Positions 9,349 to 18,898 of a stretch of DNA of 41,238 bases are shown here, piece by piece (positions within the stretch are counted from its first letter, which is position 1; each line of letters starts with the position of its first letter). Under the pieces are notes generated by a model. That model was not told where the DNA came from. It worked only from the letters and a program-made list of their open reading frames with translations, and ran no database searches. The DNA lies in assembly GCA_044870295.1 (NCBI GenBank), contig JBIOYQ010000190.1, forward strand, positions 1 through 41,238. The letters are read 5' to 3'. The stretch comes from Actinomycetota bacterium. Its GTDB lineage: Bacteria > Actinomycetota > UBA4738. A program made the position numbers and the translations under genes.

Positions 9349-10431
9349 ATGAGCTCCCTCGGGACGTTCACGTTGATCCTGATCCTCGCGGGCGCCAGCA
9401 TCCTCACCTGGGTGGCGGGCTTCTTCCTGTCGAAAGCCACCGACGTGATCGACGACCACTACGGGCTCGGCGAGGCGCTGGGCGGGATGATCCTGCTCGG
9501 CATTGCGGGGACGCTTCCCGAGATCGCCATCACCGTTTCCGCGGCGCTCAGCGGCCACCTCGCGCTGGCGACGGGCAACCTACTCGGCGGCATCGGGATG
9601 CAGACGCTGGTGCTCGTGATCCTCGATGCCACTTCGAAGCGATCGGCGCCGCTGTCCAACCTGTCGAACGCCCTCGAGCCGCTCCACGAGGGGGCCCTCG
9701 TTATCGGCCTCGTGGGCATCGCGGTGATGGGCACGGTCATGTCGCCGACGGCCACGATCGGCCCGGTGAGCCCCGCCTCCATCGCGATCGTGGTCCTGTG
9801 GTTCCTCGGCATCTTCGCCCTGAACCGGTCGCGGAAGTCGCAGCGGTGGAAGGCGGTCGACCTCGACCCCGTGCAAGCCGCGGCGACAACCTCTGAAGGA
9901 GTGGTCCCGGGTCCACCGGCCGCGGGATCCGCCGGGCCGAAGAACTCACTGGCGGACAGGCCGATCCGGAGGACGCTGATGGTGTTCGGCGTCGGATCGA
10001 TCGCCACGCTCGTGGCCGGCGTGCTGCTCGAGCAGAGCGGGAACGAGCTGGCCACCCGATGGGGCATCAACGGCGCCATCTTCGGCGCGACCATCCTGGC
10101 CGCGATCACGGCCCTGCCCGAGATCAGCACCGGCATCGCGGCGGTCCGCATGGGTCAAGTGGGGCTCGCGATGGGCGATATCTTCGGCGGCAACGCCATC
10201 CAGGTCACGCTGTTCCTGGTGGCCGACCTCCTCGCGGGAAAGGCGGTGCTCCCCACCGCCAGCGCCGAATCGATCTGGCTCGCGGCGCTGGGCATCGTCG
10301 TCACGGGGATCTACGTGAACGGCCTGGTCACGCGACCCGATCGAAAGGTCCTGGGGGTCATCGGCCCGGACTCACTCCTCGTCGCCGTCACTTACCTTCT
10401 CGGCGTCTTCGGGCTGATGGCCCTGAAGTAG
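9349..10431 (+). CDS. Sodium/calcium (CaCA family) antiporter
   Basis: Two alpha-repeats (GTLPEI...GNLLGG and TALPEI...GDIFGGN) and about 10 TM segments. Start uncertain (ATG 9349 or 9310). Confidence 0.88.
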   Translation: MSSLGTFTLILILAGASILTWVAGFFLSKATDVIDDHYGLGEALGGMILLGIAGTLPEIAITVSAALSGHLALATGNLLGGIGMQTLVLVILDATSKRSAPLSNLSNALEPLHEGALVIGLVGIAVMGTVMSPTATIGPVSPASIAIVVLWFLGIFALNRSRKSQRWKAVDLDPVQAAATTSEGVVPGPPAAGSAGPKNSLADRPIRRTLMVFGVGSIATLVAGVLLEQSGNELATRWGINGAIFGATILAAITALPEISTGIAAVRMGQVGLAMGDIFGGNAIQVTLFLVADLLAGKAVLPTASAESIWLAALGIVVTGIYVNGLVTRPDRKVLGVIGPDSLLVAVTYLLGVFGLMALK

Positions 10432-10467
10432 GTTCTGGTTGAACCAGGCGATAACGTAGACGGCCAG

Positions 10468-10836
10468 ATGCCTGATGTGAGCCGGCGCGAACCGGGTGCC
10501 GAGGATGCCACTCGCCGAACCTATCTCGCGCACGAACGCACGCTGCTCGCCTGGTGGCGGACGGGCCTCGCCGCGTTCGCGGTGGCCATCGGGATCGGCC
10601 GCGTGGTGCCTGCCCTCATCGATGCGTCGGCGTGGCCATTCGTCATCCTGGGGGTTGGCTTCGGCCTCCTGGGAGTGGCATTCGTCCTCTTAGGAGCCCA
10701 GCGTGATCGAGCGGTCGGCCGGCAACTCCGTTCGGGACGATTCGAGCCATTGGATGGAGGCGTCGTCTGGGGCGTGACGCTCGCGCTGCTCGTCCTCGGG
10801 CTGGCAACGCTCGTCCTCCTGGTGCTCGAATCGTGA
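10468..10836 (+). CDS. DUF202/YidH family membrane protein
   Basis: RTYLAHERTLLAWWRTGLA motif followed by three hydrophobic helices. Confidence 0.88.
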   Translation: MPDVSRREPGAEDATRRTYLAHERTLLAWWRTGLAAFAVAIGIGRVVPALIDASAWPFVILGVGFGLLGVAFVLLGAQRDRAVGRQLRSGRFEPLDGGVVWGVTLALLVLGLATLVLLVLES

Positions 10837-10873
10837 GGAGCTCCGCCCGACCGGAACCGAGCCGTCAGCCCGC

Positions 10874-13800
10874 CTAACCGAACACCTTCACTCCGGTTTT
10901 CGACAGCAGCTCGGCGGCGCGGTCGTCCTCGGCCTGCCCGTCGCCTTCGCCCGACGCGCGCACCAGCTCGGCCAGGTCGCGCAGACACCGCGCCTCGTCC
11001 CATACCCTCTCCAGTCGCGAGAAGGTGGCGATGGCCGAACGCAGCAGAACGGGATCGCCCGCCACCAGACCCTCGGCCCACGCCAGGAACGCCTCGGCGT
11101 TCGGCCGGTCCGGCGCCACCCGCCGGAGCCTCTCCAGCGGCTCGGCAGTCTCGTCGACACGACCCGCCCTCACCAGCGCCCGGACCAGGTGGAACAGCAT
11201 CTCGTCGGCCATTCCCAACATCAGATGCTCCTCGCCCAGTCGATCGATCCCCGCCCGCAGAGCGGCGATGGCCTTCTGGACGTTCCCGCGGGCCAACTCG
11301 ATCTCTCCCATCAAGATGGCGCCGTACGGCATGCCCTGGACCTCGTGCCGCATCCACTCGGAATCCAGCCACCGCCGCAGCTCCCGCTCCGCCGCATCCA
11401 GATCGCCTCGGAGGAAGGCCAGCATGGCGTCGTAGTAGTAGGTGGCGACGATGATGTGGGTATACCCGAGCCGCTCGCCGACCTCGCGGTGCATCTCCGT
11501 GGCGCGCTCGATCTGGCCGAGCTTCCCCTGGTCGTAGGCGTAGTTGCAGACGTTCTGCCACAGCCAGCCTTCGTAGTCCCGACGGCCGGAGCGCTGCGAC
11601 AACTCGATCCCCTCCCACAAGATGGACCATCCCCGCTCGTAGTCGGGCGCGTAGTCCATGAGCGCCGAAGCCACCGAGTTGTGGGCTCGAAGCGACAGAT
11701 CGAGATCGCCCGCCTCCTCCGAGATCCGGAACCCTTCCTCCAGCAGCCGCATGCCCTCCTCGACGGATCCGAGGTGCAGCAGGGCGATCCCGAGCGACAG
11801 GAGCGCCTGGCCCTGGTTGACCTTGTCCCCCAGGCGTGAGGCGATGTCGATGGTCCGCCGTAAAGGCGGCACGGCGTCACCCAGCCGGCCGCGACGGCGG
11901 TGGTAGTTGCCGACGAAGGCCAGCGTCCGGGCGAGATCGCGGTCCGCCCCCGCCGCCTGGAGCCGCTGGACGGCCCGCTCGGCCCAGGGGATCACGTCCG
12001 CTTCGTGCCCTCCCTCGAACGAGCCCCACGCCATGACGGCCTCCAACCGACCCATCGCCGCCTCGTCGCCGAGGGCTTCGGCCCTCCCCAGGGCGGCCCG
12101 GGTGGCGGCAAGGACGTCGTCGAAGGACTCCAGTCCCCGGGCGGCGTTCACGACCGCCTCCGAAAGACGGAGCAGGTCCTTCGGGGGCAGCCCTGCCCGG
12201 TCGCCGGCCGCCAACGCGGCCCGATACCACCGCAATGCCTCGGCCTGCTGCCATAGCCGCCACGCGCGGTCGCCGGCCAGCCCGGCCCATCGGGCGGTGG
12301 CTTGATCGACCTCCTTCGACGGCGGCTCGCCCAGCTCCTCCTGATACGCCGCGGCCTGGACGTAGTGGGCGGCCACCACCTCGGCCAGCTCCTCCGCCCG
12401 ATCGCCCGCGCGATCCTCCGCCCACCTCGCCACCTCGACGTGCTTGTCCGCGCGGAGGGCCTTGGGCAACGACTCGTAGGCCACGTCGCGGATCAGCACG
12501 TGGCGGAAGGCGAATTCCAGCTCGCCGGCGAACGTCGGCGGCTCGCGCGGTGTGAGGATCTCCTTGACCCGTAACCGCCCGAGCGCGTGGCGGACCTCGT
12601 CGGGATCGCCGCCGGCAAGCCGCGCCACCGCGCCCGCCCAGAACGCCCGACCCACCACGGCAGCGTCCTGGAGCAGGGACTTCTCCTCGGCCGGCAGCCC
12701 GTCCAGCCGCGTGGCGATGAGCGCCTGGATCGATCGCGGCACGTCCACCTGGTCCACCGGCTGGGCCAGCTCCAGTCGAGACGCCTCGGTGGCACGGAGA
12801 ACCCCGCGGTCCACGAACATCCGCACGATCTCCTCGGTGAACAGCGGATTGCCCTCGCTGCGCACGCTGACCAGCTCCGTCAGGTCCTTCGGCAGCGGGC
12901 CGCCCAACAGGTCCTCGAGCATGGCCACGTTCTCCTCCGGAGTCAGCGGGTCGAGGTAGATGGCCGAGTAGTTGCGCTTTCCGCCACCCCACCCGGGCCG
13001 GGTCTCCAGCAGCTCGGGGCGAGCCAGCGTGAGGACGAGCAACGGCCCCTGCGCCCAGTCCGCCAGGTGCTCCACGAAGTCCAGCAGTCCCGTGTCGGCC
13101 CAGTGCAGGTCCTCCAGCACCAGGACGAACGGCAGGCGGGCGGCCATCCGCTCGAGGAATCTCCGCCACGCTTCGAACAGATCCTCGCGGGAGAACTGAG
13201 CCGCCGACGCCCCGGCGCCCACCAGCGCCCCGATCTGCGGGGCGATGGCGTCGTCACCGAACAGCAGCTCCACCGCCTTCCGAGCTTTCTCCGCGGCGAC
13301 GTCGGGAGGGTCGTCCTCGAGAATCTCGCACTGCGCCTTCACCGCGTCGGCCAGTGCGCTGTACGAGACGTTCCCATACGCCAGGCAGCGGCCCTTCCGC
13401 CAGTACGCCAGCGTGGAGAGGGTCTCCAAATAGTTGAGGAGTTCGTACGCGAGGCGCGATTTCCCCACGCCCGCCGCGCCTAGGACCGTCACCAGCGCGG
13501 GACGGCCTTCGGTCTCCACCCGATGGAAGGTCTGCCTCAACAGGCCCAGTTCTTCGTCCCGCCCGACCAAGCGCGCTTCCAAGCCGAGCGAGGGGCGCTC
13601 CCCGCGCCGGCGAGCCTTCACCCGCAGCGCTTGCCACGCCGCGATCGGCTGGGCCTTGCCCTTCAGCGCCAGCGGGTCCAGCTCGCGGTAGTCGATGACG
13701 TTCTTGGTGGCCGCGTACACCGCCGGGCCCACCACGATCTGCCAGGGCTCGGCCGCGGTCTGCAGCCGCGCCGCCACGTTGACCGCGTCGCCCGTCAGCA

Positions 13801-14284
13801 TGCGGTCGCGCGGCCCGCCCGCCCGTTCCAGGTCGACCAGAACCTCGCCCGCCTCGACCCCGATCCGCATCTGGAGCTCCGGCCGGCCTTCGGCCGTGAA
13901 ACCACGGTTCAGCTCCCCCATGACGGCCTGCATCTCGATGGCGGCGCGCACGGCTCGCTCCGGGTCGTCCTCGTGCGCCGTCGGGACGCCGAACACGGCC
14001 AGGATGGCGTCGCCCATGAACTTCTCGAGCAGCCCCCCGTACCGCTCGACCTCCTCGGAGAGGCGCTCGAACGCGCGGTTCACCACGGCCTGCACCACTT
14101 CGGGGTCCTCGCGGTCGGCGAGCGACGTGGAGCCCACGAAGTCCGCGAACAGCGCGGCGGCGAACTTCCGCTCCTTGCGTCCGGCGGCCGCCCCGGCTCC
14201 GACCGCAGGCAGCGGACTGGCGCAGTTCAGACAGAACCGCGCCCGCTCGGGGTTGTCCTCGCCGCAGGTCGGGCAGATCGGCAC
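10874..14284 (-). CDS. Double zinc ribbon - class III cyclase - STAND (AAA) ATPase - TPR protein (paralog 1)
   Basis: CPTC...CLNC; FADFVGST, EKFMGDA, RIGV and GDAVNVAARLQ; Walker A GAAGVGKS and Walker B LEDLHWAD; GNPLFTEE and FRHVLIRDVAY; helical repeats. Confidence 0.93.
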   Translation of the reverse strand: MPICPTCGEDNPERARFCLNCASPLPAVGAGAAAGRKERKFAAALFADFVGSTSLADREDPEVVQAVVNRAFERLSEEVERYGGLLEKFMGDAILAVFGVPTAHEDDPERAVRAAIEMQAVMGELNRGFTAEGRPELQMRIGVEAGEVLVDLERAGGPRDRMLTGDAVNVAARLQTAAEPWQIVVGPAVYAATKNVIDYRELDPLALKGKAQPIAAWQALRVKARRRGERPSLGLEARLVGRDEELGLLRQTFHRVETEGRPALVTVLGAAGVGKSRLAYELLNYLETLSTLAYWRKGRCLAYGNVSYSALADAVKAQCEILEDDPPDVAAEKARKAVELLFGDDAIAPQIGALVGAGASAAQFSREDLFEAWRRFLERMAARLPFVLVLEDLHWADTGLLDFVEHLADWAQGPLLVLTLARPELLETRPGWGGGKRNYSAIYLDPLTPEENVAMLEDLLGGPLPKDLTELVSVRSEGNPLFTEEIVRMFVDRGVLRATEASRLELAQPVDQVDVPRSIQALIATRLDGLPAEEKSLLQDAAVVGRAFWAGAVARLAGGDPDEVRHALGRLRVKEILTPREPPTFAGELEFAFRHVLIRDVAYESLPKALRADKHVEVARWAEDRAGDRAEELAEVVAAHYVQAAAYQEELGEPPSKEVDQATARWAGLAGDRAWRLWQQAEALRWYRAALAAGDRAGLPPKDLLRLSEAVVNAARGLESFDDVLAATRAALGRAEALGDEAAMGRLEAVMAWGSFEGGHEADVIPWAERAVQRLQAAGADRDLARTLAFVGNYHRRRGRLGDAVPPLRRTIDIASRLGDKVNQGQALLSLGIALLHLGSVEEGMRLLEEGFRISEEAGDLDLSLRAHNSVASALMDYAPDYERGWSILWEGIELSQRSGRRDYEGWLWQNVCNYAYDQGKLGQIERATEMHREVGERLGYTHIIVATYYYDAMLAFLRGDLDAAERELRRWLDSEWMRHEVQGMPYGAILMGEIELARGNVQKAIAALRAGIDRLGEEHLMLGMADEMLFHLVRALVRAGRVDETAEPLERLRRVAPDRPNAEAFLAWAEGLVAGDPVLLRSAIATFSRLERVWDEARCLRDLAELVRASGEGDGQAEDDRAAELLSKTGVKVFG

Positions 14285-14290
14285 GGTGGA

Positions 14291-14296
14291 AGTCTA
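14291..14296 (-). promoter_or_regulatory. Putative -10 element (TAGACT) for leaderless transcription of cyclase-STAND paralog 1
   Basis: TANNNT hexamer 6 nt before the GTG, with no SD. Confidence 0.5.
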
Positions 14297-14360
14297 GGGG
14301 GAGCGCAGCCTCCAGCCGACCCGAACAAACCCCCCAGTCCCGGTCCTCAGCCCCGGGTGC

Positions 14361-14702
14361 TCATGTTCGAGACTTGGGAGGCAGGGAGCGGGCGTAGGAC
14401 ACGCCGCGCTCGACCCATGTGGCCAGCTGACGCCGCTCGCCCAGGTGCTCCCGATCGACGCGGAGCCAACCCGCCATCGGCCGCCCGCGCATGATCATCG
14501 GGTGGGCCTTCGTCGTGGAAACCAGCCGATCCGAGGCCGCAGGGTCGACCCGCACGAGGATCCCGCCCTGGCCGCTCGCCGCGACGGCCATGTTGCCGCC
14601 GATCAGGAAGGCCAGACCCCCGAACATCTTCTTCTCCGTGAGGCGTTTCTCCCCACCCACGAGCTCGCGGATCCGGTCCGCCAGATCCTCGTCGTAGGCC
14701 AC
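14361..14702 (-). CDS. TfoX/Sxy N-terminal domain-like protein
   Basis: MAYDEDLADRIRE...EKKMFGGLAFLIGGNM...MRGRPMAGW pattern; GAGGTG RBS. Confidence 0.85.
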   Translation of the reverse strand: MAYDEDLADRIRELVGGEKRLTEKKMFGGLAFLIGGNMAVAASGQGGILVRVDPAASDRLVSTTKAHPMIMRGRPMAGWLRVDREHLGERRQLATWVERGVSYARSLPPKSRT

Positions 14703-14714
14703 AGCGCGATCACC

Positions 14715-14894
14715 TCACCGAGCGAGGGCGCGAAAGACCTCATAGACCATGAAGGCTGGCCAAAAGAGGCCCTGGAACACCGCGAGCACGAACTCCCAGA
14801 ACGTGTCCGCCTGCTGGAAGAACCACACCCACGCGCCGAAGATCCCGAGCCCGTAGATCCCTCCGCCGGCTGCGCCTGCGCTCTTACCGGTCAT
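14715..14894 (-). CDS. Small hypothetical membrane protein, 59 aa (not in ORF track)
   Basis: Hand translation: MTGKSAGAAGGGIYGLGIFGAWVWFFQQADTFWEFVLAVFQGLFWPAFMVYEVFRALAR. It has two hydrophobic segments, GAGG before the ATG, and ends 12 nt before the tfoX-like start. Confidence 0.75.
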   Translation of the reverse strand: MTGKSAGAAGGGIYGLGIFGAWVWFFQQADTFWEFVLAVFQGLFWPAFMVYEVFRALAR

Positions 14895-14990
14895 CCCTCA
14901 CCGCCCTCCACGACGCGACCTGGCGATCCTACGACGGATCGTCCCGACATCGGGTGAGCCGGAACCGTCGCAGAACGCCGCCTTCATCCG

Positions 14991-15101
14991 CTACCGCACC
15001 CAGAGCTGGCTAATCAGCATCCCGAACAGCGGGTTGTACTGGTAGTTCCGCACGCGCTTGGACACGAAGTCGACGCTCTGGCGGTTGAAGATGGGGTCGA
15101 C
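14991..15101 (-). pseudogene. Start-less 3' remnant resembling the C-terminus of a family-5 ABC substrate-binding protein
   Basis: Reads VDPIFNRQSVDFVSKRVRNYQYNPLFGMLISQLWVR* with GC3-rich codons. An in-frame TGA lies 7 codons upstream, and no start codon precedes the segment. Confidence 0.5.
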
Positions 15102-15134
15102 CCGCCGGCGCTGCCGGCTAGCTCACCCCCCGAG

Positions 15135-16949
15135 CTAGAGACCCGTCACACGTGGCCGCGCGCGACGCGTGGCCGATGCTACCGATCCTCCTCCCGCGCC
15201 TCCCGGCCGCGTCGGCTTCGCCGCTCCCCGCGGAACGAAGTCGTGCGTGCCCAGCGTCTCCAGGAACGTCGGCGCATGCCTGACCCTCGTCGCCTGTTCG
15301 AACGCATAGGCGAGCCCGATCAGCTCCGGCTCCGACCAGGCGTCGCCGAAGAAGTTGATCCCCACCGGCAGCTCCTTGAACGAATAGCCCGCGGGCACCG
15401 TGATGTTCGGAAACCCCGCGATGGCCGCCGGCCAGGAACTGGCCGTCAGGAAGTGATCACCGTTCACCAGATCGGTGGTCCACGAAGGGCTCCCCGTCAG
15501 GCTGAAGATCGCGTTCAGGTTGTTCTTCTTGAGCGTGTCCCTGATCCCGCCGATCATCAGGGACTTCTCCAGCTGCAACGCGTCGAGGTACACCGGGTCG
15601 TGCAGTCCGTCGGTCTCTTCCGACAGGAGGAACAGCTCCTGTCCGAACCAGGGCATCTCGGTGTCCGCATGCGCGTCGTTGAATGCGATCAGGTCCGCCA
15701 GCGTGCGCATCTGCGTGTTCCTCAGCTCGGACAGGTACTTCCGGAGATCCGCCTTGAACTCGAACGTGAGCACCGTCAGCTCCGCGTCGAACACATCGAA
15801 CACGCCCGCGATCTCCACCGGATCGATCACCGTGGCTCCCTGGTCTTTCATCGCCTGGATGGCGTCCTCGGCGACGGCGTCGCCCTCGGGTGAGAACCCG
15901 AACACGCCGTCCCGCCACACCCCGATCCGCGCGCCTCGCAGGGCCTCCGGATTCAGGAACGGCCGGTAGTCCGTGAAGAAGTGTCCCTTGCTCTTGAACG
16001 TAGCCGGGTCGCGCTGGTCGATCCCGGTGAGCGCACCCAGGACCGTCGCCGCGTCGGCCACCGTGCGAGCCATCGGTCCAACCGTGTCCTGGCTGTGGGC
16101 GATGGGGACCACGCCCGACCGGCTGGTCAGCCCCAGCGTCGGCTTGATGCCGACGATGCCGGTGGTCGAGGACGGGCACACGATCGACCCATCGGTCTCC
16201 GTCCCCAGCGCCGCCGCCCCCAGGTTCGCCGAGATGGCCGAGCCCGAACCCGAGCTGGACCCACACGGGTTGTGGTCCAGGACATAGGGGTTCAGGCACT
16301 GTCCGGCCCGCCCACTCCAGCCGCTGGAGGACTGGAACGATCGGAAGTTGGCCCACTCGGAGAGGTTGAGCTTGCCCAACAGCACCGCCCCGTCCTTGCG
16401 CAGCCCGCGGGCGGTGAAGGCGTCGCGCGGCACGATCGAACCGAGCAGCGCCAGTGATCCCGCCGTCGTCTGCATCCGATCGGCCGTGGCGATGTTGTCC
16501 TTCAGCAGGACGGGGATGCCGTGCAAGGGGCCACGGATGTGCCCCTGCTGGCGCTCCTGGTCGAGCTGGTCGGCGATGGCCAGGGCATCGGAGTTGATCT
16601 CCATGACGGAGTTGAGCCTGATGCCGTTCTGGTCGATCTCGTCGATCCGGTCGATGTAGGCCTGGGTCAGCTCCCGCGAGGTGATCTCACCGGACTCCAT
16701 GAGCGACTGGAGCTCGGCGATGGTCTTCTCCTCGAACGCGAACGACGTCGGTCTCCGCGAGCCGGCTGCCGTTCGGGTGACACCGGAAACCGCGTGCGTA
16801 CTGCGCGTTGCGACCGATGCGGCCGACCGAGTGAGCTCGGGCGCGGCGTGTCCCGCTGCAGCCAGCGCGCCCGTATACGCCCCGTATCGGAGAAAGGTCC
16901 GCCGATCGATCCCCCGGATGCCGTCCTTGGGGTCGGATCCCCCGTCCAT
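15135..16949 (-). CDS. Tat-exported amidase-signature family amidase (peptide amidase-like)
   Basis: Twin-arginine IDRRTFLR; GPLHGIPVLLKDNI, PCGSSSGS and GTETDGSIVCP (Lys-cisSer-Ser triad). Confidence 0.92.
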   Translation of the reverse strand: MDGGSDPKDGIRGIDRRTFLRYGAYTGALAAAGHAAPELTRSAASVATRSTHAVSGVTRTAAGSRRPTSFAFEEKTIAELQSLMESGEITSRELTQAYIDRIDEIDQNGIRLNSVMEINSDALAIADQLDQERQQGHIRGPLHGIPVLLKDNIATADRMQTTAGSLALLGSIVPRDAFTARGLRKDGAVLLGKLNLSEWANFRSFQSSSGWSGRAGQCLNPYVLDHNPCGSSSGSGSAISANLGAAALGTETDGSIVCPSSTTGIVGIKPTLGLTSRSGVVPIAHSQDTVGPMARTVADAATVLGALTGIDQRDPATFKSKGHFFTDYRPFLNPEALRGARIGVWRDGVFGFSPEGDAVAEDAIQAMKDQGATVIDPVEIAGVFDVFDAELTVLTFEFKADLRKYLSELRNTQMRTLADLIAFNDAHADTEMPWFGQELFLLSEETDGLHDPVYLDALQLEKSLMIGGIRDTLKKNNLNAIFSLTGSPSWTTDLVNGDHFLTASSWPAAIAGFPNITVPAGYSFKELPVGINFFGDAWSEPELIGLAYAFEQATRVRHAPTFLETLGTHDFVPRGAAKPTRPGGAGGGSVASATRRARPRVTGL

Positions 16950-17188
16950 GGCGCCCCCTTTCCAAGAGGAGGGCCGAATCGTAAGACCGATCCGCGTAGC
17001 TGGAAAATCGAGCCACCAAAGCAAGGACGGGGGGTGCTCCGCTTCGTGGGCCGTGGCGGACCTTCAGCACCGGGATGAAGAAGAGCATGCCCCGGCTGTT
17101 ACCGATCACTGTTGCATGGCGATCGAACTATGAAGCGTACGGTCCGGGAGGGGAGCGGCTCGCCTCGCCGCCCGGCCCCGGGGCCCCC

Positions 17189-18811
17189 CTATCTCCCCCG
17201 GCGCCCCACTCCGCGCCCCACTCCTGACCGCTTCGCGTCCCGAGCCACCACGCGGGCGCAGTTCTTGCCGGGCACGGCCATGACCCCTCCCCCTGGATGC
17301 GTTCCGGACCCGCACAGGTAGAGCCCTCGGACCGGTGAGCGGTAGTCCGCGTACCCCGGAATGGGCCGGAAGCAGAACATCTGGTCGGGGGTCATCTCAC
17401 CCTGGAAGATGCTGCCGCCCAGCAGGCCGAATCGCTCCTCGATGTCGGGCGGGGCCAGGACCTCCATGTGCTCGACGGCGTCCTCGAAGCCGGGCACGTA
17501 TGCGCCGATCGTCTGCACAACCTTCCGCCCATACGCCTCGCGCTCCGCCTCCCACGTCGACCCGCGAAGCTCGAACGGACCGAACTGCGTGAAGCACAGC
17601 GCGACGTGCTTGCCCGCGGGAGCGATCCCCGGCTCGAGCACGGTCGGGAACACCGCCTCGACATACGGCTGTTCGGAGACGCGCCCGTACTTCGCGTCGT
17701 CCCACGCCTGCTCGAGGTAGTCGATCGACGGCGAGATGGCGAACAACCCCGTGTACGGGTCGCCGGGGAGCGGGCCGTCCCATGCGGTGGGGCGGGGCAG
17801 GTCGCCCAGCGCCAGGTTCACCTTCACCGATCCGGAACGGGTCCGGTACCGCCGAACCTGCCGGACCACCTCGTCCGACAGGTTGGCCGGCCCGACCAGG
17901 TCGAGGTAGGTGGTGATCGGATGGGCGCTGGAGACCACCCGGCGCGCCGCCACCGTGGATCCGTCGGCCAGCTCCACGCCCCGAGCGCGGCCACCGTCCA
18001 CCACCACCCGCTTCACCGGCGCATCAGCCCGGACCTCGGCGCCGGCCGCTGTGGCCGCGTCGGCCAGGGCCCGGCTGAGCGCCCCCATCCCCCCGTGCAC
18101 CCAGCCCCACGCGCCCTCGTGACCGTCCACTTCGCCCATCCAGTGGTGGAGCAACACATAGGCGGAACCGGGACTCATCGGACCGCACCACGCCCCGATG
18201 ATCGCTTGCGTGGCCAGGGCGCCCTTCACCCGGTCGTCCTCGAACCACTCGTCGAGCAGGTCGGCGGCGCTCATGGTGAACAGCCGCACCAGCTCGTGGA
18301 CGTCGGTGCCGTTCCACCGTCGAAGCCGGCCGGCCAGCCCGACCCAGTGCCGGAGGTCGCCCATCCGCAGGTTGGGCGGCACCTCGAACAGCAGGCCGTG
18401 CACGAGATGGGCCAGCCGCGAGAGATACCGGTCGAACTCCACGTAGGCGTCGGCGTCGGCCTTGGAGAAGTGGGCGATCTCCTTCGCCGTCCGGTCCGCC
18501 TCGCCCCACAGCGTCAGGGCGGTGCCGTCCGGATACGGCACCCAGTAGTCGGGCTCAATCAGGGTCGTCCGGTAACCGAACCGTGGGAGGTCGAGCTCGC
18601 GAACGACGCGCGGCGGCATCAGGCTCACCACATAGGAGGCCGTCGAGACGCGATAGCCCGGCCACGGCTCCTCGGTGACCGCCGCCCCTCCCAACACAGC
18701 GCGCCGTTCCAGCACCAGCACGTCGAGGCCGGACCTGGCCAGATAGGCCGCGCACGCCAGCCCGTTGTGACCGCCGCCGACCACGACAACGTCACGGATC
18801 CGTTCGGACAT
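17189..18811 (-). CDS. FAD-dependent oxidoreductase, phytoene dehydrogenase-related/PYROXD2-like
   Basis: VVVGGGHNGL..AAYLA..G, GGMGAL and GLYLCGSGTHPGGGV motifs. Confidence 0.9.
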   Translation of the reverse strand: MSERIRDVVVVGGGHNGLACAAYLARSGLDVLVLERRAVLGGAAVTEEPWPGYRVSTASYVVSLMPPRVVRELDLPRFGYRTTLIEPDYWVPYPDGTALTLWGEADRTAKEIAHFSKADADAYVEFDRYLSRLAHLVHGLLFEVPPNLRMGDLRHWVGLAGRLRRWNGTDVHELVRLFTMSAADLLDEWFEDDRVKGALATQAIIGAWCGPMSPGSAYVLLHHWMGEVDGHEGAWGWVHGGMGALSRALADAATAAGAEVRADAPVKRVVVDGGRARGVELADGSTVAARRVVSSAHPITTYLDLVGPANLSDEVVRQVRRYRTRSGSVKVNLALGDLPRPTAWDGPLPGDPYTGLFAISPSIDYLEQAWDDAKYGRVSEQPYVEAVFPTVLEPGIAPAGKHVALCFTQFGPFELRGSTWEAEREAYGRKVVQTIGAYVPGFEDAVEHMEVLAPPDIEERFGLLGGSIFQGEMTPDQMFCFRPIPGYADYRSPVRGLYLCGSGTHPGGGVMAVPGKNCARVVARDAKRSGVGRGVGRRGR

Positions 18812-18898
18812 ACGAGGGGAAGCTAGCGCCTCCCCATGGGGGCGCGCCATCGCCGCTCTGGAGCAGTCGATGCCGAGGAAGGAACCTTCGCGTCCACC

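Noticed and set aside
17189-18811. Carotenoid desaturase crtI
   Set aside because: No crtB or crtE nearby, and the motifs fit the broader PYROXD2-like family.
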